Source: Mobula hypostoma
Taxonomy: Eukaryota
Assembly: GCF_963921235.1 (NCBI RefSeq)
Contig: NC_086099.1
Span: forward strand, 64,232,001-64,296,000
DNA: 64,000 nucleotides
Reading direction: 5' to 3'
Shown here piece by piece: positions 49,740-62,389 of the stretch; the stretch's first letter is position 1, and the number at the start of each line of letters is the position of its first letter. Position numbers and translations under genes: made by a program. The notes beneath the pieces were generated by a model that was given only the letters and a program-made list of their open reading frames with translations, was not told where the DNA came from and did not search any database.

Positions 49740-52700
49740 CAAGAGCGGCGCTAAGGTGGTGCTAGCTGGGGCTATAGCCCCAGCAGAATTTGCAATAGCC
49801 CTACCATAGCACCACCAAGAAATTAACTGCAGCTGCTTTGCTTTCTCTGTATAGTTTTGAATACAGCGTTTTTCCTCCAGCTGATCTAGTGAAACAGCGC
49901 CCCCAATTACCATAGCATCCACACAGCAATAAAGTTATAAACTCTGTCAGGTCCACTCTACACTTCTGCTTATTCATTCGTTGTCAATGTCTTGCCGTTG
50001 CTGTCCTTAGATCAGTTAAGCTGATCTAAGATCATTTAAGGTGGTGATTTCACCCACTCTCACTCATGTGAGAGATTGATAGTATACATCCAGGCGCAGA
50101 TCAGTGGTTTCGCAAGACTAACGGATGCCACACGTGCACGTTGTTCTTTTGCAAGCTAGCGTCGACCTGGCACGTGCATTATTTTTGCCGGCGTGAAAAA
50201 TGGATTGATTTTTAGTCAGAAAACGACCTCACCTAGAGGAATCAGTCATGTCTCAGCCTGAGCCTGTCTTAATTGAAAGTGACATGCAGAAAGAAGTAAG
50301 TGGGGATGAGGACGACAGCAGTTCATCAAAGGAGTGTGCAGGTGAGGTAGAGGAACAAGAAATGGAGTGGGATTCGGAAGACAACTTGGATATAGTTGCT
50401 CTTAGTGCGAGTGGGAATACTGTTAGTGATGTTAGCCAGCAGCCTGAGGAAGGACCCTGTCGGCCAGCATTGAAAAAGTACCCTTCGCAACAGTTTGGCA
50501 ATCAGCAAAGGGGTTTTATTCGTGGCTGGTTTGACCTGTACTCCTGGCTGGAATATTCAATCGCAAAAGATGCTACATTCTGCTTCGAATGCAGGCGTTT
50601 CCTGTGTGGAGGACATGGGTTCCATTCTGAATCTACCTTCACTGTCACTAGTTATCGCAACTGGCGGAAAGCTACAACAGCTTTCAAAACCCACCATGTA
50701 AGTGCAGCTCATAAGTTTGCGATGGGGGCATGGGCCGAATTCAGATTGAGAAAACAAGGTGGTTCAGGATTGGGAAATATGCTTGACAAAGGACATGCAA
50801 AGATTGTCCAAGAAAACTGTGAGTATACGAGAGCAGTAGTTGAGTCTCTATGCTATACTGCGTGCCAAGGCATTGCCAGCGAGGACACCGGGAGAATGAT
50901 GGATCTGACAATAGGGGAAACTTTGTTGAGTTGCTCAGTGTAATTAGGAAGTTTGATAAGACTGTAGCTAAAAAAAAGAGGACAATCCTGGAAATACAAA
51001 AAATACCCATCACGATATCCAAAATGAAATTATGGGTATTATGGCAGATATGGTCAGACGTAAAATAAGTGCAGAAATCAAGGAGGCTGGATATTTTGCC
51101 ATCATAGTAGATGAAAGTAAAGACTTGAGTAAAAAGGAGTAAATATCGGTGGTGGTGCTTTATTTGAATAACGAAACAGTGCTTGAAGAATTCTTGCACT
51201 TCACTGCAGCAGAAGGGTTGGACGCAGAGTCGCTTCTTAAAAGCATTGAACAGACACTTGCCCAGTGTGTTATTGATAAGAACGCGTGTATATGTCAGTG
51301 TTATGACGGGGCAGCAGTGATGCCCGGGTGCAATAACGGGGTACAAGAGAGGTTCAGGAAAGAGGTCCCACAGGCATTATATACACACTGCCATGCTCAC
51401 AGACTTAACCTTGTTTTAGTGGATATTGTGAGCAATGTACCACAAGCGGGTGAATTTTTTTGAAACTGTGCAGCTGCTTTACAACTTCATTTCAAACTCT
51501 GTTACCCACGATCTTTTCATGAAGAAACAGAGAGAACTGGAATCAACTGCACAGCCCGAGGAGTTGAAGAAATTCTCAGATGCACGCTGGGCATGGCAAT
51601 ATACAGCTTTGTGGGCTATAAGGAAATCACTCCCTGCCATTCTAGCTACACTACAGGATATTATGGGTCAACGAAATGTACGGAGGAAAATGGAGGCCAG
51701 AGCTGTAAATGGACTGATTGACGAGCAGTTTGCTTTACTTCTCACTCTGTTTGAGGATTTATTCTGAATCACCGAGTTCATGTCAGACCAGCTACAATCT
51801 CCCAGTTTCGAGCTTTCATCCGCTGTGGAATTGGCTCAGTCTGTTATCGATGCACTCTCAGCAAACGGGGAGAGGAATCATGGAGTGAAATTCAGGCAAG
51901 AGCTAGGGACCTGTGTGTCAAGGCCGGTATACAGAGCAGACCACATGAAAGGAGACAGGCCCAGCCACCCCACCACCTACATGATTTTGTTGTTGAGGCC
52001 CAAACTGAACGTACTCCTGTCACATCCTCTGATGACCTTCGCAAGCACTGTTTCTATCCAGTTATAGACAGACTTCTGACTGAAATGAAAAGACGGTTCT
52101 CAGTTGAGGCTAGGGGTGTTCTGACTGGAGTCTCAGCATTGAGTCCCAAACACAAGTTCTTCCTAGACAAGAATTGTCTTTGGCCAATGTCCCAATACAA
52201 TGGAGTGACTGAAGTGAACCTGACTGCAGAGCTACATCAGGTTCGGCGTCTGCTGGAAATAAAACAAAAGCAAGGACAGACAGTGACATCCAGAAAATCA
52301 TTGATGCTTTTGCCACCAATCACAACAACACATGGATTGTGCTTCTCTGAAAACATTAATGGTGAGTGCAGTTGATTTTTTAAAAATTTGGGCCAAGACT
52401 AATGCTGATTATTATTATTATTTTGTGGTGAATACCCCATAGTCCTTATGTTTCCTGCAAATCCTGTAACTATTACATTTACTGCTATTAAGCCTACTGG
52501 TTTTGCTTAGACTTCCAAGCGGTGATTCTGTTGATTCTTGTTTTAAATTCAATAGCCGAATTAATTGAGGTATTGCATGGTCAGAGTACGATTTGTCCAA
52601 CTCCTGGTAAAGCTTTGCATCTGTTGTTTGCCTTATTTGACTTTAATAACGTTGTATCTTTTGGCATTGCTGTCTATGTAATGTGAATAGTAGTGGGTTC

Positions 52701-53068
52701 ATTTTGTGTTTTTCAGTTGAAAAGCATGCATTTGACGCTGATTGCGGGATTGGTGCGTGATTCACATTGTCCGCTGTTGCTCGGATGCTCTGCTTGTTTT
52801 TTTTTGTTTATGCTCCGTGTAGCCCAGGTTGTCTCCGATGCTGTTGAACTGTAACAGTTCACTTCTATGTTAGATCTATCAATTGCTGCTGCCTGTGAAT
52901 CAACAGAGGCATTTATAGTAGGCACATAATGCTTGAAATTGACTTTTTAACGCCACGCGTCTGGCCTTGCGAATACATATTACCATGCAGTGCATCCCTC
53001 AGCACCATCACTGAAACATTCAGCCCCTCTGTAGCACCAGCAAGAAAAAATCTCTGGCACCGCCACTG
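49740..53068 (+). mobile_element. hAT DNA transposon (Tip100/ZMYM1-like)
   Basis: Imperfect TIRs CAAGAGCGGCGCTA / TGGCACCGCCACTG; 8-bp TSD GTAAAGCC (49732-49739) / GTAAAGTC (53069-53076). Confidence 0.88.
50200..52350 (+). pseudogene. hAT transposase (TTF zinc finger, DUF4371-like), disrupted
   Basis: WLEYSIAKDATFCFECRRF; RGHRENDGSDNRGNFVELL; FAIIVDESKDLSKKE; CYDGAAVM; HCHAHRLNLVL; SDARW; stops and frameshifts. Confidence 0.9.
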
Positions 53069-54109
53069 GTAAAGTCTTAGATTTTAGATATCCTTTCTTA
53101 GAGTTAACATACTAGCAGCTTCAGACAAGTTCTCTAGAATGGCCTCCAGTGCACTGTTCAAGGAAATGAAGGCAGTAACTATAGCTGTCAGGCTTGCCTT
53201 CAACACTGTTTTCAGAAGCCCTCATGACTGCTGCATACAGAAATGGATCACCATTGAATATTTGAAGCTTTCTTTCAGGCAAAGATGAAATGTGTTGCTG
53301 TTTCAATTTGCTTCCTCATAATATCGATAGTACTATTTTGACCTCTATTATCTAAAACAAGAGCTTCCATACTGTAAGTTAATTTACCCATGAGCACTTT
53401 AAGCCATGGAATATGACATGGGTTCAGAGTTTCAGAGTGCCTCATTCGGGCAGGCTGCCGGTAAATTACCTGATCTACCTTTTGGGGATGTTATTCATGT
53501 TTCACAGACATTTGAGGAACAAACAAATCAGGATTAACATTGTTTTGTTTTGTTTTTCTTTGTGCCTTTTCAATACAGGAACTCACACCATAGGCCTGTC
53601 CTGCTGGAGCACTTTCAGTACTCACCACACTTGAAGCTCTTAGCATATTAACTTTAACCATATGTGCAGCAATTTCTTCCTCCAACTTAAACTGTTCCTT
53701 CCTTTTCCATAGCTGCTTCTTCCTTTTCTGTAGATGCTCCTTTTGCTCTCTATCTAATCCTCTTGCTCTTCCAGTGCGTATTTGTCCTTCAGTAACCAAT
53801 GACATGTGATTAACATAGCTAAACTAGCCTCTGTTATAATGCATGCAGAAGCCGTAGCAGATACAGATTTTGTTCCTGCAGTGTGTTTTGGAGCACTGAC
53901 ATTAGACATACAGTTGTTCAGATTCATGCCATCCTGTGGGTCACCTGCTTTGTGTACAGTTAAAACATGCTTTGGAATTTGTGAAATGTTGTCTGATGGA
54001 AGGTGATACTTGTTGCAGTAACATGACCTTTAATGGAACCTTTTTGATTCAACCATTGCTTCATATCCTCAATGAATACACTACTATAGTGATCAATGGT
54101 TCAGCAATG

Positions 54110-54219
54110 AGACTGGTGAAGGATCTCGGCCCGGAATGTAGACTGTACTCTTTTCCACCAGCATTTTGTGTACGTGTTGCTTGGATTTCCAACATCTGCA
54201 GATTTCCTCTTGTTTGTGA
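54110..54219 (+). mobile_element. Penelope-terminus-derived short element with decayed hammerhead
   Basis: CTGGTGAAGGATCTCGGCCCGGAATGTAGACTG...GATTTCCAACATCTGCAGATTTCCTCTTGTTTGTGA. Confidence 0.75.
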
Positions 54220-54299
54220 TTGTATTTAGTGTCAATCCTTGATTGCTTTAACAGATAATTTTAAACAGTAGTTTTGAATCAAATCTATTGGTGGATCTA

Positions 54300-54538
54300 G
54301 AGACAGAGTCCAGATTAGGCAGCTATCCTTTCCTGAGGGATGTTTATGAAATAGATGGGTCTTCATAATTTCCGAGTAGTTTCTGGACCTCCATTATAAA
54401 CACCAGCTTTTTATTCCAGTTTAATCACTACAGTTTAAATTCCCAAGTTGCCATGGAGGCATTCAAACTCACACTCTGGATCAGTAATCTAGGCCTTGAA
54501 TATTAGTTCAATAACTTAACCACTATGTTATTACACCC
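54300..54538 (-). mobile_element. Old tRNA-type SINE fragment
   Basis: Minus strand ATAGTGGTTAAGTTATTGAACTAATA..GAGTTTGAATGCC head; related to 14400-14640. Confidence 0.55.
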
Positions 54539-55126
54539 TGTTTACTGCTTCTAATTGAAATGGATCTAATTTTAAACTCATCTTCTGTATACAGCATCAT
54601 CAGGCAAGAATACAAGCTATTAACAGATGATGCAAGCTAAAGGTAAAATAATTATTTATTACTGCATCCAAAATTGTTTACTCAAAGGCAGATAATGTTT
54701 ACTCCATAATAATTGAAATTTTGCCAAAGTTGAATCGGAATAATGTCCAGTCATTAAGCTACTTTTATAAATGAAACACTACAGTCTTTATAAGGACAAA
54801 GAACTCATTACGTTGAATGAGCTCACATGCTTCTCCACTATGTAGGGAATTCCCAGGTAAACATCTACCTTAAACATGTTTCTCTCTGATTGCACAGTTT
54901 CGCTGCTGTGATCTGCAATATTTGCCTTGAGCCAAGTCCATCAACATTCTCTATCATCTTTTTCCAATCTTATAGCTGGCTATAGCAGCAAATAAACTTA
55001 AGGCTAAAAGTAAAAATAAATGGGTTTCAAAAGATGAACTGATTATGGCTTTCAACAATATTCAGTTAATAGTTGTCATGATTAAGGACAGCTGTAAAGC
55101 TGAAATCAAAGGGTTCTTTTCATATC

Positions 55127-55415
55127 ATTGAATTCAATTGAATTGACTTTATTACTTACATCCTTCACATACATGAGGAGTAAAATATTTACGTTACATC
55201 CCTATCTGAATGTGCAATGTACAATTTATCACAATTTGTAATAAATAATATGTACAACAGGACAGTCAATATAGCATAGAAATACAATTGTATCGGATTG
55301 AATTAATCAGTCTGATGGCCTGTTGGTCCTGGCTTTTATGTTGCGGGACCATTTCCCAGATGGTAGCAGCTGGAACAGTTTGTGGTTGGGGTGACTCCAG
55401 TCCCCAATGGTCTTT
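55127..55415 (-). mobile_element. Rex1-type 3' end
   Basis: Minus strand HPNHKLFQLLPSGK..RNIKARTN..AIRLIN; AATAAAGTCAATTCAATT tail. Confidence 0.72.
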
Positions 55416-56399
55416 AGTGATTCTTGGTCACTAATTGAGCGGCAGGCTCCAAGTCTTATGCTCCATTTTAGCTACCAGCCTTGGACAGATTGCTAGGCAG
55501 TTTCCAGTGAGCAAAAGATGCATAATGGAAGTTTTCAATCTTTCCGTGGAGTCACAACACCAACCAGATAAACCAACCATCTTTGCATGCCTTATGTAGT
55601 TCTGCAGTGTTTAAATCTAATAAATCAATATTAATTATGCAGGTAGTGATAGATGCAGCTTGCAAATGCTTCATTCTGTTATCAAGTTGACATTGGGGAT
55701 AAATTTAGGTATATTTGGGAAAAATTGGGGATATATATATATACATATACACATACACTATATATACTCTATACACATACATATACTGTCTTCAGGAACT
55801 AGAAGGGGGAGATAGGTTAGAACAGCTGACCCCTGAATTTTCATCGCTAATGCATGAGATGTTGTGTCACAGATTGCTTATTTATCAGAATTCACCTGTC
55901 AAATTCTACCAGCACAATCCGAAATATATTCCCTATTCACTAATTAACAGCTTTAAATTTCTCATCTTATAGCTATTTATGTTAGCAGTAAGACTATTCT
56001 ATTCTTCCTCGCTTTAAAAAATATTCCTGGCATTTTATATTGGTGAGCTAACTCAGATTAAATCACTGCTTTATCAAAAATAAAGACAATTTTTTAGCAG
56101 CTTTTTCTGCTAATCACTACCAGTCATTTCCTCATTTCTCTTAAATCATCTAACCCAAAGCACATAAAATATCCTTTCCTCTCCTCTAACATACTTCGTA
56201 TATATTAAAAGGTTTTCAAGCCTCTGTGTCATATTTCCCAGACCTGCTCTGGCTACAGGATATGTAAGGAAGCCATCTCCTAAACTCTTGACTCTATTCT
56301 TCGCACCTGCATTTCCTTATTTAAAATTTTCCAACCAAGTTTCATGTTCTGTACCCCAAAATTTCCCTATCCAAACCTAGTGACCCTAGTGAGAGGGTC

Positions 56400-58345
56400 T
56401 TAACAAATGTCCAGTCAGCATAGAACAGGTTAATGTGCTAAGCTAAGACAAAGGATGTGCTGGAAATTTTGTAAAATGTTATGGTAGTTAAGTCCCTGGG
56501 TCCCCATGGGATATATTCCAGGATATAGTATAGGAAGTGAGGGAAGAGATTGCTGTGTCCTTTGCCATGATCTTTGCATCCTCACTGGTCACAGGAGTAA
56601 TACCAAACTGAAGGATGCAAGTATTATTCTCTTATTCAAGAAAGGTAATAGGGATAACTTTGGGTATTATAGACTAGCGAGTCTTATATCAGTGTTGTGT
56701 AAACTATTGGAGAGGATTCTCAGAGACAGAATTTACGATCATTTGGAGAAAGATAGTCTGACTAGGAATAGCCAGCATGGCATTGATAGGACTGGTTAGG
56801 CCTCATGAGCCTGACTGTATTTTAGAACAGCATTTGAAAAGTTCTCCACGGTTGAGTCAGGAGACACGGGATCCAGAGAAACCTGGATATGTGGATTAAG
56901 AATTGACTTGTCCACAGAAGGTAGAGGAGGTGGTAGAAGACAAAGCATATTTTGACTGCAGGTCAGTGACTAACGGTGTTCAGTGGGATTCTTTTCTTGG
57001 AATCGAGCTTTTTGTGATTTTTATAAATGATTTTGGTGAGGAAGTGTAAGGGTGTATTAGTACACCGCAGAGGACTGTGAAGATTGTTGGTGGTGTAGAT
57101 GGTGTAGAGATTTGCCATAGGTTACATCTAGACAGTGACAGGAGACAGAGCTGGGCTGAGAAGTGGCAGATGAATCTCAATTTGGAAAAAAGATGAAGTG
57201 ATACCATTTGGGGGGTTGAACTTGTATCAGAACCAAATTCACTTTATTGCCAGTATGTGAAACATACCAGTATTGATTGTTGGTTCTGTGCCAAGCATAA
57301 AACACCGGACAATACCATAGCAGACAACTCAATAGCAGCCAACAATTTATAAGACAATAGTAAAACAAATGAGCAATCAACAATTAGCAGAACAGTCACA
57401 TGCACAAATGTCAATAATCTAACTTAAATAAATGTGAACATATCAACAGACTCAATAATCTTCAGCAGAACTCGGGGAGCAGGCAAGGGCATTTAATGCA
57501 GAATTCCTGTTGTAAGGGCATTTAATGGATGTTACAGGGGCAGATAGGTTATTACACCTGAGTGAGTTTTGTTGAGAAGGTGAATAGCGACAGGAAAGAA
57601 GCTTCAGAGATAATGTGTAGTCCTGGTAGTGATGGATTTGTAGCATCTCCCTGATGGCAATTTGGTGAATAGGTGACTGGTAGGGTAGGTGGAGTCAGCA
57701 GTAATTTTTTTCAGCTCTTTTCTGCTCTGGCAATGAACAGCTCTTTCAATGTTGGTAGCTCACAGCCAATGATCTTCTCCGCAGAGTGGAGTGCAGCATT
57801 AATGGTAGGATTTTTAGCAGGGTGGAGGAGCAGAGAGATCTTGTGGCCCATTTCAATAGATCCCTCAAAGTTTCCATGCAAGCTGATAGTGTGGTTAAGA
57901 AGATGTATGGTGTGATGTCCTTCATTAATCAGTGGATTGAGTTCAAAAGCCACAAAGTAATGTTGCACATCTATAAAAATTTGGATAAGTCCCACTTGGT
58001 GTATTGTGTTCAGTGCTGGTCGCCTCTTTATAGGAAATATGTGGAAGCTTCAGAAAGGCAATTTACTCACATGCTGCATGGATTAGAGGGCAGGTCTTAT
58101 GAGGAAAGGTTGAGTAAGCTAGGGCTTTTCTCTTTGGAGCAAAGGAGGAAGAGAGGCAATATAAGAGGCGTAGATAGATTGGGCAGCTAGAAACTTTTTC
58201 CCAGGGTGACAATAGCTAATATGAAACAACATAGTGTTAAGGTGATTGGGGGAAAGTATAGGGAGAATGACATAGGTACGTTTTTTACATAGAGAGTAGT
58301 ACGTGCATGAATCGCATTGCTGGGGTAGAGGCAGACACATCTGGA
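56400..58345 (+). mobile_element. Old CR1 RT-to-3' fragment with nested minus-strand Rex1 tail (about 57228-57787)
   Basis: LFKKGNRDNFGYYRLASLISVLCKLLE; SHLVYCVQCWSPLYRK; SYEERLSKLGLFSLEQRR; insert SAEKIIGCELPTLKELFIARAEK. Confidence 0.8.
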
Positions 58346-59159
58346 CCATTGAAGAAATGAGCAACAAAAGAAGCTGATGGCTATCACTGGGTGATCCCAT
58401 CCAGTGAGACTACCATTGCTGGTGGGAAAGTTGCTGATGCAGATGATTGTTGATGTTTCGAGTCAGATGTTTTGACCTGAAAGTTGACAGTTCCTTTCCC
58501 TCCCATAGATACTGCCTAAACTGCTGTGTTCCTCCAGCAGTTGCTCCAGACGACAGCATCTAGCATTGTTTGTGCTTCCAAGCCTAGAAAGTTATTCACA
58601 ATGTTGCTTCTTACATTATCAGACAAAATGCATTAGCTCCATTAGTTTATTCTTACTTTATATTTGCATCTATAAGCATAGGTTCAACCCCCACAGCTGC
58701 GTCTGTGTGTCTTCACTATTCTATGGTAAGTGAAATATTATATTCCTATTTCCATTTCTGATATTGGGCTCTGGGTATTTCGAAGGTTCTTTTTATCAGT
58801 ATTGACAAAACTTAAAACAACCCATATACACACAAAATGCTGGAGGAGCTTATCAGGTCAGGCATCTGGGGGGGGTGGGGGGGGGGAGAGGGGTGTTACC
58901 TCCCAGTTCTCTATCCATCAGCCTCCCTGCCAACTTTGACAGAATTAAATAGAAGTATGCAAGTTCTGCATTCTGTTCATTTCTAAGCTGAGTCTGAATT
59001 TAACTTCCATGACTTTATCAAGACTGCCTCCTTTCAGTTCTGAAGCATTGGATGCTTATACTCCCACCACCTTCTTCTTAGCAACTGAAACCTCTTTCGA
59101 GCTTGCTTCACCTGAATGATTAGAATTCCAAATAGGTTCAATTTTGGAATGGAAAACTT

Positions 59160-59400
59160 ACAGAACATCGGAAGTTGCCAGCAGTGCTCAGCAGGCCGGA
59201 CTTCATCTGTGGGGAAAAGGAACAGAGTCAACATCCTTATCAATATCCTTTCATCAGAACAAGGAAGTTAAAGATCAGAACTGGATGGTCATTCAACAGA
59301 AGTGATCATTTCTGATGAAAATTTATCAAGCTGCAACATTAACTCCGAAGTTTCTTTCTCTAGAGATGATGCCTGACCTGCGAAGTATTTTGAGAATTTT
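59160..59400. mobile_element. Inverted pair of decayed Penelope-terminus/hammerhead units
   Basis: CTCAGCAGGCCGG..TTCATCAGAA (minus unit) and TTCTGATGAAA..CCTGACCTGC (plus unit), about 50 bp apart. Confidence 0.55.
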
Positions 59401-59444
59401 CTTCCTAAGCGAAGTCTTTTCCTTTTATTTTTCATTCTTTTCAC

Positions 59445-59730
59445 AATGCTTCAGAATAGAGGGGTATTCTTTTAGAACGGTGATGGGGAGGAATTTCTTT
59501 AGCCAGAGAGTGGTGAATGTATGGAATTCTTTGCCACGGGCAGCTGTGGAGGCCAAGTCTTTATGTATATCTCAGACAGGGGTTGATTGATTGGTCAGGG
59601 CATGGAGGGATATGGGGAGAAGGCAGGAAATTGGGGCTGAGAGGGAAATTGGATCATTCATGATGAAATGGTGGAGTAGACTCAATGGGCCAAATGGTTT
59701 AAGGGTGCTCCTATAACTTACGGTCTTATG
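59445..59730 (+). mobile_element. CR1 3' end
   Basis: FRIEGYSFRTVMGRNFFSQRVVNVWNSLP plus terminal motif. Confidence 0.85.
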
Positions 59731-62079
59731 GATTTGGTCTGTTGTAAATGAAGAATAGTCTCAATCTGTATGTTTTTTATACATCCTCCACTCTTTTGAC
59801 ATCAGAATGTTATACTAATTTGGAGACAGATCTTTCTGTGAATTTGCACCAAATTTTTTTTACCTTTCTAGAACCAAATGCTTATCAAAAACTCTTCATT
59901 TGTTCATTTTTTTATCTCCTCTGCTCTCTTCTTTTCATCTTGCTGCTTTATTGAGCACTGAACTATCTTTTGCAAGGATCATCCTCTAAATACAATCTTG
60001 GTATGGAGCTCCTTTATGGCAATGCCAACAATTAAAAGTATGCGTGTAATATAGTATTTAAAATGTGGAGTTAAGCAGTTTTTTGTAGTAATTATGGAGG
60101 GGTTCTGCACATTATAGTAACTGAGTAGTTGGCATCTATAGAAACCATTATAATGTTTAATTGCATCAAGTTAAGTTATAAGTGCACACTTCTTCTTAAG
60201 ACCTGATTTTTCTTGGATCTCATTTCATCAGGTACAACAGATCTAGTACGGGCAAAATCTTGGGCTTCTCAACTATGTGTGGAGATTCTCCTGGAACTTA
60301 ACCAGCTGAAGTTATGGATCCTATCAGTAAAATATTAGAGAAACTTCCTATTGTTTGTTTAGAAAGAATTTTCATTAAGGCATGGATTTCATGGTTACGA
60401 AGAGACAATTTGGAGAAAATCCAATCTCCATTTTATCCCTTACAACATTACAAATGAAGCTTGACAGATGGCTAAACACCATTAGCTGTGTAGTTGTTTA
60501 ATATACTAAGCTCAGATAGCAGATTATCAGACCATAGTTAATTGACTTGTTTCAACATATCTATCACTACATTAGAACAAAGTTTATTCATAAGAAACCA
60601 TACTCGTCCTCCCTTCCACAAAGTGCAGCTACAAGCTGATGTTCAAGCAACCTATCAATCAATTGTATTCTGCTTTAGCACCCTAACAAACTGATCTATG
60701 TTACATTTTATGAAATATTTGAGAAATCTAACTGCAGTTTCTTCCCCATTCTGGTGCTTTCCTTTCTCAGGTTAAAATATTCAAACTTTCTGTTTGCAAC
60801 AATAGTATTTATACACAGATCCATACATTATTAGTCAATCAAAATCCAAAAGTCAATGTTCTTTGTTATACAAGAGGTTATGCTGTGGTGGCCTTTGCAT
60901 CTGAGAGTGACAAAGTCACAAAACAAAGAAACAGGTTCTTCAACCACTGTGTATGGCCATCAAGCACTCACTAACACTAATCCTACATTGACCTCATTCC
61001 AAGTTGTTGTTAAACAAATACTGTAAAACAAAAATAAATTATAAATATTTATTCTTCAGTATTTGAATGCCACCACAGTCTAATTTGTAACAACTCCATT
61101 TCAGCTTTTACTCCCACGGAGTTCCTCCAACAGATTGCTTGTTGCTGCAGTTAAAATTCTTGTCCATGTTTTCAACTCATTCCACAGCTTTGAATTTCCT
61201 AAACTCTGAAACTCCCCCCAGCAATATCCTTCTCTAGACCTCTGTGTTCTTCCAGTTCTTATCCTGTAGTTTTCTTGATTTTATTTCCTCAAACATTGGC
61301 AGCTGCCAGGGCTATAAATTGTAAAAAATATATAAACTAATCCAATTCCTAAATTTCATCTAAACTAATAGAATAATAAAAAAAATGCTGTTATAGAACT
61401 TGAAGTTCTTCGACCACGAAGGAACAATATTCAGTTCGTAAATTATAAACTATTGTAAGTTAATGTTATGTTGTAAATCTTCACTAATATTGAAGTCAAC
61501 TTTATTCCATCTTATTCTTTGAGATACATACTTATATTTAACATTTTCTATGGTGTCTGTCTATTACTGTGATGGAACTTAACTCAGTCACATAGGGATA
61601 CATGCTGTGCTGCAGAGTTTAGTACTAACTGTATAAGAAGCAGAAAGGGACAGTTTTTGGCTATGGCTGAGGAGGAAGGACAGAAACTGGGGAACTAACT
61701 GGCCCCATTGGAAGTTGCAGGGGGTGGCAGGGGGTTATCTCTGCCACTGCTCTGCCACCAAGAGATGTCCAGAGCTATGGGAGCGAAAACCCAATGAGCA
61801 GTGGTCCCTGGCTGATGACCCTGCACCTGACCTAAGGGCATTGTTGGAGGTGTGACAGGCAACGATGCCAAGCTGGAAACAACATCTTCCTGTGAATCTC
61901 AATGATTTAAATTGACCTAACTAAAATTAACTTCAGACTGGGGCTGTTAATTTTATTGTAATTCATTTATTTGTTCAACTATGCTTGAGTTTATAATCAG
62001 AAGCCCATTAGAAATGGCATTACCACATTTGTACAACAATGTGCATATTATAATATATGTATTATATATATATATAAAT

Positions 62080-62389
62080 GGGCATGTGGCCAAGTGGTTA
62101 AGGTATTGGACTAGCGACCTGAAGTCGTGAGTTCAAGCCCTAGCTGAGGGAACGTGTTGTATCCTTGAGCAAGGCACTTAAAATTGCTCTGCAACGACAC
62201 TGGTGCCAAGCTGTATGGGTCCTAATGCCCTTCCCTTGGACAACATTGGTGTCGTGGAGAGGGGAGACTTGCAGCATGAGCATTGGCAACTGCTGGTCTT
62301 CCATACAACCTTGCTCAGGCCTGCACCCTGGAGAGTGAAGACTTTCCAGGCGCAGATCCATGGCCTCGCAAGACTAACGGATGCCTTTT
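62080..62389 (+). mobile_element. tRNA-derived CORE-like SINE
   Basis: TGGCCAAGTGG A box; GTTCAAGCCC B box; TCCTTGAGCAAGGCACTTAA CORE-like motif; GCAAGACTAACGGATGCC tail; inserted in a (TA)n tract. Confidence 0.8.

Larger units (their letters stand above)
42683..54100 (-). mobile_element. BEL/Pao LTR retrotransposon, 5'-truncated, with three nested insertions
   Basis: gag LQIFNGDP..HFLEQ (53121-53306) and CFGC..GH..C..C..H knuckles; RT GKIWYIPHHGIY; ILSTVSSIYDP, KKILQDL..LGWDD; integrase [24 protein letters not shown]; left LTR present. Confidence 0.9.

Noticed and set aside
50248-50943. Domesticated ZMYM1/THAP12-like host gene
   Set aside because: TIRs and an 8-bp TSD are present and the frame has several stops and shifts, so it is a dead transposon.
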